Origin: Iphione sp. A-MEVVRFRX5
Taxonomy: Eukaryota
Length of the DNA stretch: 64,000 bases
Direction of reading: 5' to 3'
NCBI GenBank assembly: GCA_976226885.1
Contig: OZ320316.1
Coordinates: 56,048,001-56,112,000, forward strand
The notes beneath the pieces were generated by a model. The model was not told where the DNA came from, searched no databases, and was given only the letters and a program-made list of their open reading frames with translations. The translations under genes and the position numbers were made by a program. Positions 11,667-24,004 of the stretch are shown here, in pieces. Position 1 is the stretch's first letter. Each line of letters opens with the position of its first letter.

Positions 11667-12103
11667 TGCTGTCGTCGGTCGTCGTTCTAATACTTACCTC
11701 GCTGCAATAGAAACCCTCTAATGCGACTACTAGCCCGAGGGACCAGCTTAATTATTCCGCCCTTACTGGAGAGCTATAGGCCTATATCTTCCGTATACAA
11801 TTGCATTATAGTAAAGTATTCCGTCCGGCTGGACCAATTGCCCTTAATTCTGAGTATCCGTCCTAGTCGAGGTGCCCATAAGGTGAGTCGCTTTTATGTT
11901 TTCGTCTCTGTACCCCTTCCGCATCGCTTCCTCTCCCTCTCCTTTGCTTCTCCTCGTCATTTATATTTAATCTCACCCTGCTCAACTACCTACTCTTAAA
12001 GTGGGTAATTTTTCATTCATCGAACTTCCTCCTTTTTCAGGTCGTTTTCTATGTTTTCGCTTCATATCCAATAAATCTAATATCAGGTCCAGTGGCTGGA
12101 ACA
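11266..12103 (+). mobile_element. LTR-like or terminal-repeat-like segment
   Basis: Starts TGTTA, has AATAAA at 12070 and ends ...GGAACA. No TSD, PBS or PPT was found and the left boundary is uncertain. Confidence 0.3.
11601..11656. repeat. (CT)n microsatellite
   Basis: Near-perfect CT run, visible directly. Confidence 0.95.
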
Positions 12104-12149
12104 AATGTACACTGAAGCCGCTCTTACGTTCGGAACAACTGCCATAAAC

Positions 12150-13980
12150 CCATACTTATCGTCCCCTCAATATTAACCCATGATCCCTTGCCCTCCTCAC
12201 TGCCACTCTCTTTCTCTGTCTCGCTGATTGGTTGCAGTCCTGGTTCCTTGAGTAGCATCCCAGTCCTGGTCTCTGATTGGTACACACATGGCTTCCTCAG
12301 CCTCACCCTGCAGGCGGTGTGCTGAGGTATCGCAGCGCGCCCCCAAGTGTGGCCGCCCGGTACTGCAGTGACTGTTTGGAGGGTTTGATTGAATCCTGCT
12401 TATGAAGCTGCTGCCCTCAACCGGCTGCTAAGTCCCTGTTGTATGTTGGTTAAACGTGCCCGAGGGAGAGGAAGCTCAGGGTAGTTCGGTGTGGTGTGAC
12501 GGGACGAGCTGTGGTTAGATGTGGTAGTACTAGAGGTGGAGAGTGATGAGAGGTGCTGTGCAAGAGCGGATGAGTGGTGCGGAGCAGTGATGATGGCGGA
12601 TGACGCTTATTGGAGACGATGACGATGGAAGAGCAGTTGAAGCGTGGAAAATGGTGAAATTAATGGTGTTAAGTGGTGGATAGTAAATCATTATAGGTAG
12701 TAGTGTCTCGCCTTTGTGTTTTGCACTGCTGGTTAGTTATGAGAGTGGCTATAGTTTGTCGTAGGTAATATTTAGCTAGAGGTCTATTGTATATACTGAT
12801 GGTAGTTTGTTACCAACAAGCTGGCGGGGTAGGTGGTTGATAATGATGAAATATATAAAGTGGTGGGTGTTGATACGAATAGCATGTGGGCGGTAATGAG
12901 ATTAAATCGTATTTGACAAATAATGCTGCTGACACTGACGGATGACTGTGGTTATAAGTGATGGTTGGAGGTATAAGTGGTGTATTGTGTGTGGTATCAG
13001 CGGTCGTGGTGTGTGGTGGTGGTCTGTGGTGACGACTGTGGTAGTGGCACTAGCAATCGTTGTAGTGGTGGACAGTTGCTACCAGTATTTGATGGTTGTT
13101 GGTGTTGGTAGGTGGAAATTGGTTTCGGTTGGTGGTGGGTGCTTGTCTGTTGTATATGATTACGGGTGATTGAATTGCTAGACAGTATTGTTGTGGTGGG
13201 TTGTGAGTATTAGTTAAGTAGTGGGTAGTACATGTATATGTAGTCGGGTAGAGACGGCAGTGGCATGTTGCGGGTAGCGTCAGGTAGTAATTAGTTTCAG
13301 TAGTAGCGTGTTGGGTAGTAGACGTCTTAGGCGATGCTGAGCTAAGGCGGGTGAAAAGCCTAGGATGGAGAAGGCTTGTAGTTACAGGCGCTGGGTGGCG
13401 GACCGACAAACACCCGTGTTAAAGGCACGGGAGGCGGCGCCGTTCTCACACTAGGACTAGTAACACTTGGTAAGGAGGGACGTTACCACTGGTGGACGCG
13501 TCTCTCTGACGGCAGCGCGAGCAGCAGGCAGGACAAAACACTGACTAGCCCCGGGGACTGTAGGAGTAGCATTGCCACCAGCACCACTGGACAAACGGCT
13601 GACGGTAAAACGTAGGTAGGTTTAAAGTTTATACGTATGATCGATAAGTAGGGGGTGTTTGGTTATTTAGGCAACGCTTGTTAAAATGGTCTGGAGTTGG
13701 TAGGCCGCGCCTGTATTTGAAGGGGGCAGTAGAATTAAGAATGTTCGGGAGGGGGTTGAGTCAGAGAGGCATGGCTTGGTTTCGGTAGGTAGGCGTTAAA
13801 AGGTTGTGTGGTAGTTCGTTGTCAGACAAATTGGCTAAGGAGGGTTTGGACAGGGGAACTGTTTGGTCGTAGGTATAGGTAGAATATCCTCAGGGGAGGC
13901 GGGGCTCGTTAAGGATAGGTATTTTGGACCAAACCTGACTGCTCGATTGAAGGGATCGCTTAACATTGAAGTAACGGGTA
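12150..13980 (-). mobile_element. Decayed Ser/Thr/Pro-rich gag/ORF1-like region, possibly DIRS/Ngaro type
   Basis: Extreme G+T skew on plus. Minus translations include SLSTSSTTTSNHSSS..ELPLPRARLTNIQQG (similar to P.P......I..G of DIRS/Ngaro gag) and SHCSTGRPHLGARC (a knuckle-like remnant). No RT or tyrosine recombinase was found adjacent. Confidence 0.3.
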
Positions 13981-14108
13981 GTGCCGACATAACTTTTGCT
14001 AATTATGACGTTATTATGAGAATCAACCAATCAAATCACTGAAAATTCAGACAATGTCACAATTTGGTAAAAGTCGACACTAACCGTTACTTCAACGTCC
14101 AGCGATCC
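13953..14108. repeat. Imperfect inverted repeat (~55-bp arms, ~46-bp spacer containing CCAAT)
   Basis: GGATCGCTTAACATTGAAGTAACGG-GTAGTGCCGA...AATTATGAC versus GTCACAATT...TCGACACTA-ACCGTTACTTCAACGTCCAGCGATCC. Confidence 0.8.
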
Positions 14109-16357
14109 GCTAATTGTTTCATCCTAGACAGCCTAGCTATCAGTATTTCTGGTTGGAAAAAGTACCATGACACACTTGATTCCTTTTGATGTGTATCTAA
14201 ACGACCGAACTTTTCACGTCCAAATGGGGCTAATGTCTCGGCAGACATGGCCGCTCAGACAACAGCTCAACTTTAGGTTGACCATTTAATGGTTGTCAGT
14301 AAAACGACAGGTTCTCCCTTCCTGATAATTCAGCTATAAGGGTTACAAATGGCGCTTGCGTGCGGGTAAACGAGCGGGAGTTGATCCCATATGTTACTAT
14401 GGGTGACCATTGCGATACTGAGTTTCCCTACGTTAGCTCTGCCTTTGAATGAAAGCTGACAGTGCTATAGAAGACTTCGTCCGGTATCCTATGAAGAGAA
14501 TATTTCCACTTTATCGCTTTCCGTGACGCCAAGCTAGTATTTCCTGTGTTCAGCTGGGAACTGACAGAAGGCAAACATAGCCACAAGGTCATGTTGTAAA
14601 AGCTGCTTTCTTCATCGAGATAACTTTTTCTTTAGTTTCTGGTCAGTCACATGGCCTTACCCTATCCGTTTCCATTTTATGGAATGCAGACCATGGACAT
14701 TGCTCTAGAAGATATATCGGGAAAGCCATAACAAACGTTGTTTTTGTTTCCATGTTTACCAGAGCGTTTTCGAGACAGTGCCCATGTCATCCACTGCATA
14801 CAGGATTTTTCATGAGTGTGGAAAAGGGGCCGAACTCGGGGATTTGTCTAGAAAAAAATGTACTTATGTATAGATAGCTATCGCTTAAAAGAAAACGGTA
14901 GATTATGACTTACTACACTATATAATTAGTATGCTAACGCATAAACGTGAATTACCAGAATGTTTGATTCACATAGCTTCAGGTAGTAACCTTTATTTGC
15001 AGTGAATTTGCTACATTCTACCGGCGCTTGATGAACTACAGAGAATCCATTTAATGCACAGTGAAAAGTTTTAAACGCAACATCGCCAGAGTAGTATTTT
15101 CAATCAACAGTCCTTGTAATAGCACACTTAAGCCTGTCCATAGCCGCCGATGAAATACAAACTGATCTACCGGCATCACAGAAACAGTCTAGGTGCCTGC
15201 TCATAAATGTTTCAGATATTTTCTAAAACGCCCTTTCAGAGTCACAACGAAGCCTTTCACCTGTCCCTATACGAAAGCCTCGTCTGACTGAACCGCTGAA
15301 CTACATAGAGTTTGACGTCTCATCTGTTCCCATGAGATATCCAAATTATAATCCGGGGCACCCTAAACTGATATTCTCTAGAATCTCATAATGCCACATA
15401 ACATAGACAAAAATTGTTTGTACATATTTTTAAACAGTCCATTACATCATTTCATTTCAAGCCATGTATCCAACTAAACCCACTCATAATAGACACTCTA
15501 TATCCTTTTGGCTTCCCGTAGGCCGTTCTCCTAAATACCACTCATGTACTTTGGTTGTCAATATGTGTCGAGGTGACTAATGATCTCCTCTTGTACATGC
15601 TGTTTTTGTTGCCAATAAATCACTTTCCTCCTCAGTAATACTTTTGTAGCTTAGGGATTCATTCCTACAGATACATCTTTCATATATCTGCGCTATGTAA
15701 ACCACCATGCGCGAATAGCCGGTTTAAGAGGGAACTGTACCTTAAAGCACACTGAAGTCAAATTATAGAACCAGCATGGATCCATAATTGATAAAACAGG
15801 AGACAGACTAAAAAATCTTTGATAACCTGGAGTGATTTTTACAAGGAGAATTCTCACATTTTTAAAACAACTGGGACAAATATATTCTAAATATTCACTT
15901 CAGAGCGTGTTGAAAACATGGACGTGCATATGCATATGTACAAAGCAGCGGACGTTGTCGCTCTTCTGTCTTCTGTCGAGTACTTCACTAGAGTACTGCA
16001 CTGGCAGTTTTAATTATTCAACCTCTGGAATCCAAATTTTGATCTATACTTGATCAAGAACCCCAAGCAGAATCCCTAGAAAATTGGAGAATTAGAGACG
16101 GAAGCAGAACTGTGCACAGTATGCTCGTCTGCTCAACAAGAGAGAGTGATTGCGTATGCAGTGCAGTTCAGTGTTTTGGCTATAAGGTGTTCAGGGCATA
16201 ATTTGTCTTCGCTCTTGGCTCCGTGACAAGTGGTTAAATGCACGATAGGCACCAAGACGAACAGCCCAGCTTTCAACTTACCTGTTAGTCTGACTGCCTG
16301 TAACATCAGCAAATGCCTCATAACTGTCATGCATGGGTGATCAATGTTGTATGTATT

Positions 16358-16460
16358 GCCCCCTGAGGCAAGCGGTTAAGCTCTTGGGTTGAAAGCAAGA
16401 CATTATCGTCCGAGAGGTTCCTAGATCAAATCTGGGTGTAAGTCAAGGACATTCGTGAAT
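16358..16460 (+). mobile_element. tRNA-derived SINE head (degenerate)
   Basis: A-box-like GAGGCAAGCGGTTAAG and B-box-like GGTTCC..GATCAAATCTGG at tRNA-like spacing. No complete cloverleaf. Confidence 0.45.
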
Positions 16461-16477
16461 GTGGACGCATCTACCAG

Positions 16478-16802
16478 TAAGGCCTAATAAAAAAAATCTG
16501 TTTCCGGTAACCGGACTGACCCAACATTAGAGGCAATTGTTGTAAGCTTTTATTTTTTTCTTGGTTTTTGAATAACTTTAGAATCAATAATGATAGAGCC
16601 ATGATCTATACACCAAATTGTCCCTTAGGTTACTAGCTTTCATTAAAATCTAACCAGTAAAAGTGACACTGCCATACCTATCTGTTGCTTTCAGGATCCT
16701 TTAACATTGAGAAAAAAAAGAAAAATAAAAAACTGTGACCTACACACTGACCCTATATTTTTTCAGCCAGTTAGTAGAACCACAGTACTTTTTTAGGCCT
16801 AA
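16478..16802 (+). mobile_element. Non-autonomous DNA transposon, Academ-like termini
   Basis: Left TAAGGCCTAATAAAAAAAATCTGTTTCCGGTAACC..GACTGACCC and right ...TTTTTTAGGCCTAA. The internal CCTTAGGTTAC.AG.TTTCATT is shared with the ~23130 and ~54800 copies. Confidence 0.6.
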
Positions 16803-17160
16803 TACGATACTATTTATCGACCACCTCTGCTGTATTTTTTTCTATACATCTCTACTTTCCACCTTCTATTATTGAGGATGGCTCTGCTTTATCTGTCAAG
16901 ATTAGCAGGACTGATGGAGATATTTCTGCCCTTATAACATGTGATAACTGAATCAGCTGTCCAATAGGAGAGAAACTTAAGTGTAATGAAGGGTCAGGTT
17001 GCTCAATGCTGTATCGTCTTTCATAGTGGCATCTTCCAGAGTGACTCACAGGCGTTATTGTTCCACAGCAAGTAATTTATTAATAAACACATGTCCGATC
17101 GAGAGTTGTGACACTTGGTGTTACACATCACTGGTTACTCTCAGGGGCTATCATGCAGAG

Positions 17161-17320
17161 CAGGCCCGTAGCCAGGAAGTTTACCCGGGGTTATCGGATG
17201 ATACCCCCGATACCTAACAGGTGGAAGTAATTTCTATTTGTCTCTATGAAAGCCTGTTAAAATTAATGTTTTGGGGGTTATCTGACGATACCCCCGATAC
17301 CCCCATTGGCTACGGGCCTG
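17161..17320. mobile_element. MITE with CAGGCCCGTAGCCA TIRs and 5-bp TSD (hAT5-like), copy 1
   Basis: CAGGCCCGTAGCCA ... TGGCTACGGGCCTG, flanked by CAGAG on both sides. Confidence 0.9.
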
Positions 17321-17439
17321 CAGAGGTGTAGTCATTTATGGCCAATCATGCCCAAACTATTCCCCGTCACAAGGTAAGGGGTGGTTCAACAATGTTTAAC
17401 AATGTTCGCCTCAATCTAAATATTGCCGGTTGCTATCAC

Positions 17440-17580
17440 TGTTAGGAAGGTATGTCCGCCACATCTGGCAACATTTTGTTTGTCACTGCATTGAGATTAT
17501 GGAACCGCTCCCTACCGCTATCAATTGTAATTATGCCCTTCCTGAAAATCAGACATTTGGAAGCTTGCCTTCTAGATGAA
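17440..17580 (+). mobile_element. LINE ORF2 C-terminal remnant
   Basis: ALRLWNRSLP resembles the conserved RLWN.LP end motif of CR1/L2-group ORF2. Confidence 0.35.
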
Positions 17581-18438
17581 GAGTTGATAACGTTCGGAAC
17601 ATCTGATTGGTGGCGCAATCACACTGTAAATACCTCATGTTTACCCTTTTCTCTTAGCCTGAATTTTCATCCAGGCATGTTTTTACCTGTGTGTTTTAGG
17701 GTCTGTTTTCCTGGCTATTTGGGCATGTTCACGGTGGAAGGATATCATCTGCACCATATTTTCACAGTCATGAAAATATGAAAGTTGGCAAAAAATGGCA
17801 AAACTGATGCAAATTGGCCAAAAGACCACACAACTGTTACAAATTCACCCAGAAAACCACACAACTTATGTAATTTTGGAGAAAAAAAACAACAAAAAAT
17901 GTGTATTCATTTTTGCATGAAGCACAGCTAATATGGCTATTTCAATCTCAATTTGTATATACTGCTAGGGAAAACATAGCCCTATGGAAATTGCTTTCCC
18001 AGTTCAAAAGTACAGTAACACAGCTATGGGAATATGCTATACAGCACGTGTGTGTAAGGAAACAGTTCTGGTAAGAAGCATTTAGACCATCCCTGTAACT
18101 GGTTTCTCTCTATGTTTCTATCGTCACATTGAGTCCATTATATCAAGTAATCATCCTGTGGTCTCACTGTTGGGGCTCTGTTGACAATGTTTACATGAGT
18201 GAGACAAAATCTGGTCCAGGTAGGGAGTTCCTGAGGGGACTCGTACCCACACAGGTCTCTGTTCTGGCACTAGAATGCTCTTATCTATACAGCCCCTGAG
18301 TCCACACAACATACGAAGATCGAAAGAGAAGTTGTAGAAAGGTTTAACTACTGTTAGAGGTATGTTTTAACATTGAAATATACTCTCACTTTAATTAATG
18401 TGAGGGGAGATCACCCATAGCCCCCCTTTTGCCCAATA

Positions 18439-18657
18439 TTTTCATGAATTAAATTCATCTTTAGCATGACTTGAAGAAATTTTTGCTGCCTTTTCATAAA
18501 TTCAATGCATCTTTAGCCAAACCTCCAGTAATATTTGCCACTTTTCATGAATTAATCACACCTTTAGCACTACCTCCGGGAAATATTTGCTGCTTTTTTC
18601 ATGAATTGAATGCATCTTTAGCATAGCCTCCAGAAGTATATTTTTCCTTTCATAAAT
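18439..18657. repeat. ~52-bp minisatellite, ~4.3 diverged copies
   Basis: Units begin TTTTCAT(G/A)AATT at 18439, 18491, 18542, 18596 and ~18648, and share CATCTTTAGC and CCTCC..AA.AT motifs. Confidence 0.85.
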
Positions 18658-18787
18658 GTGGGGGGAGACCCCCCACACCCTTCCTTTATCCTCCCTTTCG
18701 AATTTTGTTCATTTTTTTCAAATTACGACAGTCTTTCTTCCATCATAATACCCACTTAACCCTTTCCTGATGACCTATGTTAAATCA

Positions 18788-18790
18788 TGT

Positions 18791-18871
<81 letters not shown>
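18788..18871. repeat. Compound (TG)n(AG)n microsatellite
   Basis: Visible directly. It explains the CVCV/RERE ORF 18777..18965. Confidence 0.97.
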
Positions 18872-18877
<6 letters not shown>

Positions 18878-19866
18878 CATAACAGCCACCTCGTCTATCG
18901 ACTCGGTGGACCTCATCCTCTTGACTGGATCAGTAACTTGTACAGTTGAGGGTGGGGTGGTTTAAATCAGATAAAGTCTTTGTACCTTAGATTACTGTTT
19001 ATAAACACCTATTGTCTCGGTCTTTATAACCAGTAATCTTTGGTACTTGTACTTTATCTACCACATAGTTTCTAAAATAGCACAATGGCATGACCATGAA
19101 AACACGCACCTAATGGGAGATTGAGCCTTAAGTCTCAATCATAGCTTGAGGTACAATATGTACTTCTTAAACACAAAATGCATAATAATATGAAAATAAG
19201 TAACTCAATCTTATTTTGCAAGAGACCATAATTATATGCTCTTCCAATATTTCTATCATGGATGCATGAATAATTTTTTAAAATCCGTTATAGCAAAACA
19301 TTTACGTAAAAGTCATGGAAATAGTGCATTTTCATTGACACAGTAGTCTGTCACGGATAAACAAAAAGCATAAATATTGGGCTGTAATGAGATGACTGAC
19401 AATTCAGCAAAGAGTTGATTCTCTTTAAATCCGACGAGAGAATCGTACAGTCATTTGACACAAACTGCTGCGACGGGGCCTGCATGAGCGATTTTATTAT
19501 TGCTTGTCAAATCTATCCTGGTCAAAGAGGATTATTTTCCCTCGATAGCTTTATCTGAGAAACCGTCACTTCTGTAAAAGGTAAAGATGGCATAGCAAAT
19601 CTGCTTTATTCTCTTTATTTTTTTCTCTCACTCCTTTGAGTTTCTTGATAATACGTTTGTTGTATCAACTGCCCGATCTCCAGCGGTCCTGCAGAATTCG
19701 TTTACTTTCCTGCGAATGCTGACAGAATCTGCCGCGCTACCTCAGTGGTTCTCTGAATATTGCTCATTGTGAGGCTGGGTATAAATCAATGTATGGGCCG
19801 CATGTGGCCGATTATCAGTTAGGCGTACCAGATCATTATGTGTAAGGGTTTACTACTGCATCAAGT

Positions 19867-19876
19867 CACTTCCGGT
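19867..19876 (-). promoter_or_regulatory. Consensus ETS site (ACCGGAAGTG) near a TATA-like GTATAAAT at ~19780
   Basis: Exact 10-bp ETS consensus. Function not demonstrated. Confidence 0.3.
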
Positions 19877-20288
19877 TAGTGTGTGTGTGTGGGGGGGGGG
19901 GGGGTGGCAGGAACAAGAATTTCCGTCCACCTTAACCTACCGGCTTTAATATACCGCTATTGAGCCTGCAGGAGCTGTCTGCTTTGATTCTTTGTGAAGC
20001 TCCTTTTTGTTCGTATGGTAAATGCCTGGCTTCTTGAACTTTTGCTTATCAGAGGAAATTGCCTTAAGGAGATGGCTATAGCACGTAGAACATATGGTAC
20101 GTTTGTATAGATAAGACAGTTTGAAGGACTTACAGCTGGATGAGCCTTGTCCTTACCATATCATGTAATAATGTGTATGTAACACTTTCATATATCATTT
20201 TTCATTAATCCTGCTGAAAAACCTGGTGAACCAAAGGTATTTTTTAGTTATCTTTAAAAAACGACCATAATTTGGGGAAAAGGTCTCC

Positions 20289-20446
20289 CTTCCGGCAAAC
20301 GGCCAGGACACCACCTATGCATATTACACACAAACACACATACACACACGCTGACCTGTTGACTCCCGAATCATTCATCATCTTGTCCGCAGAATATTGT
20401 AGCAGACAATCTTAACCGGAACAGCCATATAAGAATCCATATTTGG
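20289..20446. promoter_or_regulatory. SRE-like cluster: ETS cores plus CArG boxes
   Basis: CTTCCGGC at 20289, ACCGGAA at 20415, near-CArG CCATATAAGA at 20425-20434 and perfect CArG CCATATTTGG at 20437-20446. Confidence 0.4.
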
Positions 20447-22989
20447 ACCGTCACCCCTGTTCTCCCCTTATCATATTCTGTCTTGATCATTCCGGAACAG
20501 ATACGGGAGGTTGGATGGAGATCCATCACTTAGGAAATGAGACATGAGTTCCAGAATATGTTACGCTAATCGAGTGTGTCTGTATGGCATAAAAAGCGCC
20601 GAGAGACTGGTCAAGGTAGAAAGTGTAATAAAACAATCAATAGCAAGACATATATTCGTTAATGGCATTCTTTCCTCGCTGTCTTCATTAGTCTGTATGG
20701 CTTTGTACCCATGTAGGTTGGTACTTCGGAAATGAATAATCTTTTACAGATGAAATGGGAGAAAATGATAGAGAAAGAAATTACAGCTATGTCGGTTGGA
20801 TATCTGACCACGGTCTGTAATCAACTGCAGATGTATCACATCTTCAAATCTAGAATACAGAGCGACGTCCCTTCCGATGATCAATCACGGCGGTAGATAT
20901 AGGTAGACACAACACAATGCTTCATATGATCATTGCCAAATCTGAAGACTGTATTGCAAGCTCATTGTGATGTCCATGCAGCTGAACCATCAGATTAATA
21001 CCGTCGAGATAAACGGACATTTTATCACCTACTATAAAAGACTAATACGTTATAATATCATGATCAAGGCAGCAAACAAAACGGTGAACACACGACGTTA
21101 TATCAAGATGATTCTTCTTCCGTTCAGCGGAGATAAAACTGAAGAATCAGAGTGCTGGGTCTGGAAAATCTCCAAGTAATGTACCAAAATAGGTATGGGA
21201 TCCATCCTCTGACAGTGTACACCTAATATATCGCAACGATATAAACATTGACTAAAACCATCAAATCACAGTGGTGAGAAAGGTGACTATAGAAAACGCA
21301 TCACATTGATATGTGCCCCATGCCAACACTTGACAGTGAAATAAATGAGGTCTAAACCTCCTGTCAACTTTGTTGTGCTCTGTAAGTGTACTAATATGTC
21401 TCGAGAAAACAAATAAGCTCCCTTCATCTGTGAGCTGACATATCCACAGCTCCCTTATGTCGACATGGTCTTAGTATGCAGGGGAACGTATTTACAGCGC
21501 TAAAGCAGAAACAAACACCGGTTTCGTTCTTCTGTCGCGCAGCTACATCAACTGTTCATGCCGATGATAGGATTCAAAATGCAGCAGCACGGGGCCAAAC
21601 GCGCTCCGGCAGCGTGGTTCGCCTGTACCCCATAATTATGTGCAAAAATACATTATATAGGATTCTGGAACAGTACGAGCAAACCATAATCATAGTGATA
21701 AATAAGAAGTGCACATGACTCAACCCCCTGACTTAGAGCTCGACAATGAGCACAGAACCAAATAAGTGATCAGACCTTTAACGGGATGGGACTGATGAAA
21801 GTTATTATCCATACATACATGCTGGTACCACATTCACAGAACCTTATATTATGCTTTGTTTGCAATACGGCTTTATTATTTAGTTTTGCGCGTGCTTTTC
21901 AGATTGAGAAGATTTAATATATCACTAGGGCCAGTTCATATATGTACTTTAATATGCATAACTCCTTACAAAAGCAATCCAAAAAAAATGAGATTATGTA
22001 GTTTATACACTGGTTCGCACATCCTACCCTTCCCCTCTTTCATCCATCTTCACTAACCTGGGCTACTTATACCCATTTACATCCAGTCTGCCGAGAAGGT
22101 ACTTAAATTGCGAGCGTGGTAATAATTAATCAGTCACTGCACTTACAGTAGATATAGTTAGGAAGCTTCTCTTCAACTATTATTCTATTTTCCATCTTTA
22201 TCTGCTGCCTTGGCCTCCTCTCTCTATCCCTTGCACTTTCTTATCCCTTTTTTGCCACCCTTGTTGTTTGGCATCCTTGTAGTATCGCAGTCCCTTTTTC
22301 TCCTCACCTTCCACCTCCTAAATCCTATGCCCTATCCATCATAATGCTACACCGACAATGGTGGACGCCATGCTTGCCATCTTTTTCCGAAAGAGTGCCT
22401 ATCCGAATTTTTTTATCTTTACATATCTAAGGGCTAGTTACCCTTGAAGCACCGCAATTCGTAATGGAGAGGATGGCAATTAGGCGTATTTTACCCTAAC
22501 CTTTTACCTGGGAGTAACGAAAACCCGTAACGAGGAATAAAAAGGATTAATGTAAAGGAATATTTCAAAATAACATTCACAAAGTAAACTTCCAGTAACA
22601 CTACCATCGAAGTTGAACATCTTTTGAATCAAGGCGGTCACTAAACGTAAATGCAGAGTCATCTCTTAGTCACGCACTTATAATATTAAGAAAGACCTCC
22701 ATGGGACGATAGGATTCTTGGAATTGAGTAGATATACACCTGGCCAGTACTTCTGGTCGCTTTGGTGACTTATTTAATGTCCATGACTTTAATGGTTCCT
22801 TGGGAACGTAATTGTGTCCTTACAGTCTGCTAATTGAGATTCATATCCTGTCCTCAAGAAACACTTAATCATTTCAAGCAGAGAGTAATGAATCCAGAGG
22901 ACTTCCCATCAGAAGCAACCAATCAGTGTAGAAAATAAATCAAAAGTTGAATAATGGAAGAGTGGAAGTTATTCTAAATGATGCGATGA

Positions 22990-23290
22990 TTAGGCCCAAA
23001 CAAATACATGTGTTTTCGGTAACCCAACTGACCCTGACGTTTCTCCTTATGGATCCTTTTTCACAAATGTTTTGCCGGTATCTTAAGCATGAGTGCAGCT
23101 AGAGACTAATACTTTTACATCATTTTCTTCCTTAGGTCCTAAGCTGTCATGTGATATTAGTTTCATCAGCACCTACGCAGTAGACGTGGTAGTTTCAGGC
23201 TTGGAAGATACTGTCTAGCTTTTTCAGGCTACATTAAGAATTCAGAAAAAACACAACACCTAATTTTTTCAGCATGTTACCAGATATAGG
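22990..23290 (+). mobile_element. Academ-like non-autonomous element (diverged copy)
   Basis: TTAGGCCCAAACAAATACATGTGTTTTCGGTAACCCAACTGACCC terminus and internal CCTTAGGT motif as in 16478-16802. Right end uncertain. Confidence 0.5.
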
Positions 23291-23852
23291 CCTACACATA
23301 CATTTTAGGCATTGTTATATCTATCGGTGGGTAAATGCACCATCCAGCATTCTGTAGCGTGTATGCAAGGGACAAAACATCAAAGTATACTGAGCACTAT
23401 GATGAAGATAATGGAAGGAATTTTTGTTCATACTATATATTGTCAAATCTCAAATCTTTGGTCATCATTAACAATTTGTCTTGTTTATTCGTACTCAGCA
23501 ATTTGGGTGCAATGGTAAACAAAATAGAGGATGTTATAAATTATGCTTTCAGGGAACGTACATGTTACGTTTACATATGTAAGTAAGACGTACTTAATTG
23601 AGGGATCGCCATACACCACTACAAATGAAAGGTTTTTTTTTCCATTTTGTGACGTCATAATAGAAGATCCAACAGTCAGATTGCTGTATTTGTGCAACAG
23701 TTTGGGAAGAAATGGTAAACATATATACATGTACATTTGTGCTTCCCTATTTCCTCTCCTCTCAGTTTGTCCTTATCCTCTCTCGCATTATTTGTTGATT
23801 ATCTCATTTCTTCCTCGCACCTTTTGTTTGTTCCAGCATTCCACGTTCTCTC

Positions 23853-24004
23853 NNNNNNNNNNNNNNNNNNNNNNNNNNNNNNNNNNNNNNNNNNNNNNNN
23901 NNNNNNNNNNNNNNNNNNNNNNNNNNNNNNNNNNNNNNNNNNNNNNNNNNNNNNNNNNNNNNNNNNNNNNNNNNNNNNNNNNNNNNNNNNNNNNNNNNNN
24001 NNNN
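23853..24004. other. Assembly gap (152 N)
   Basis: Run of N following a CT-rich tract. Confidence 1.
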
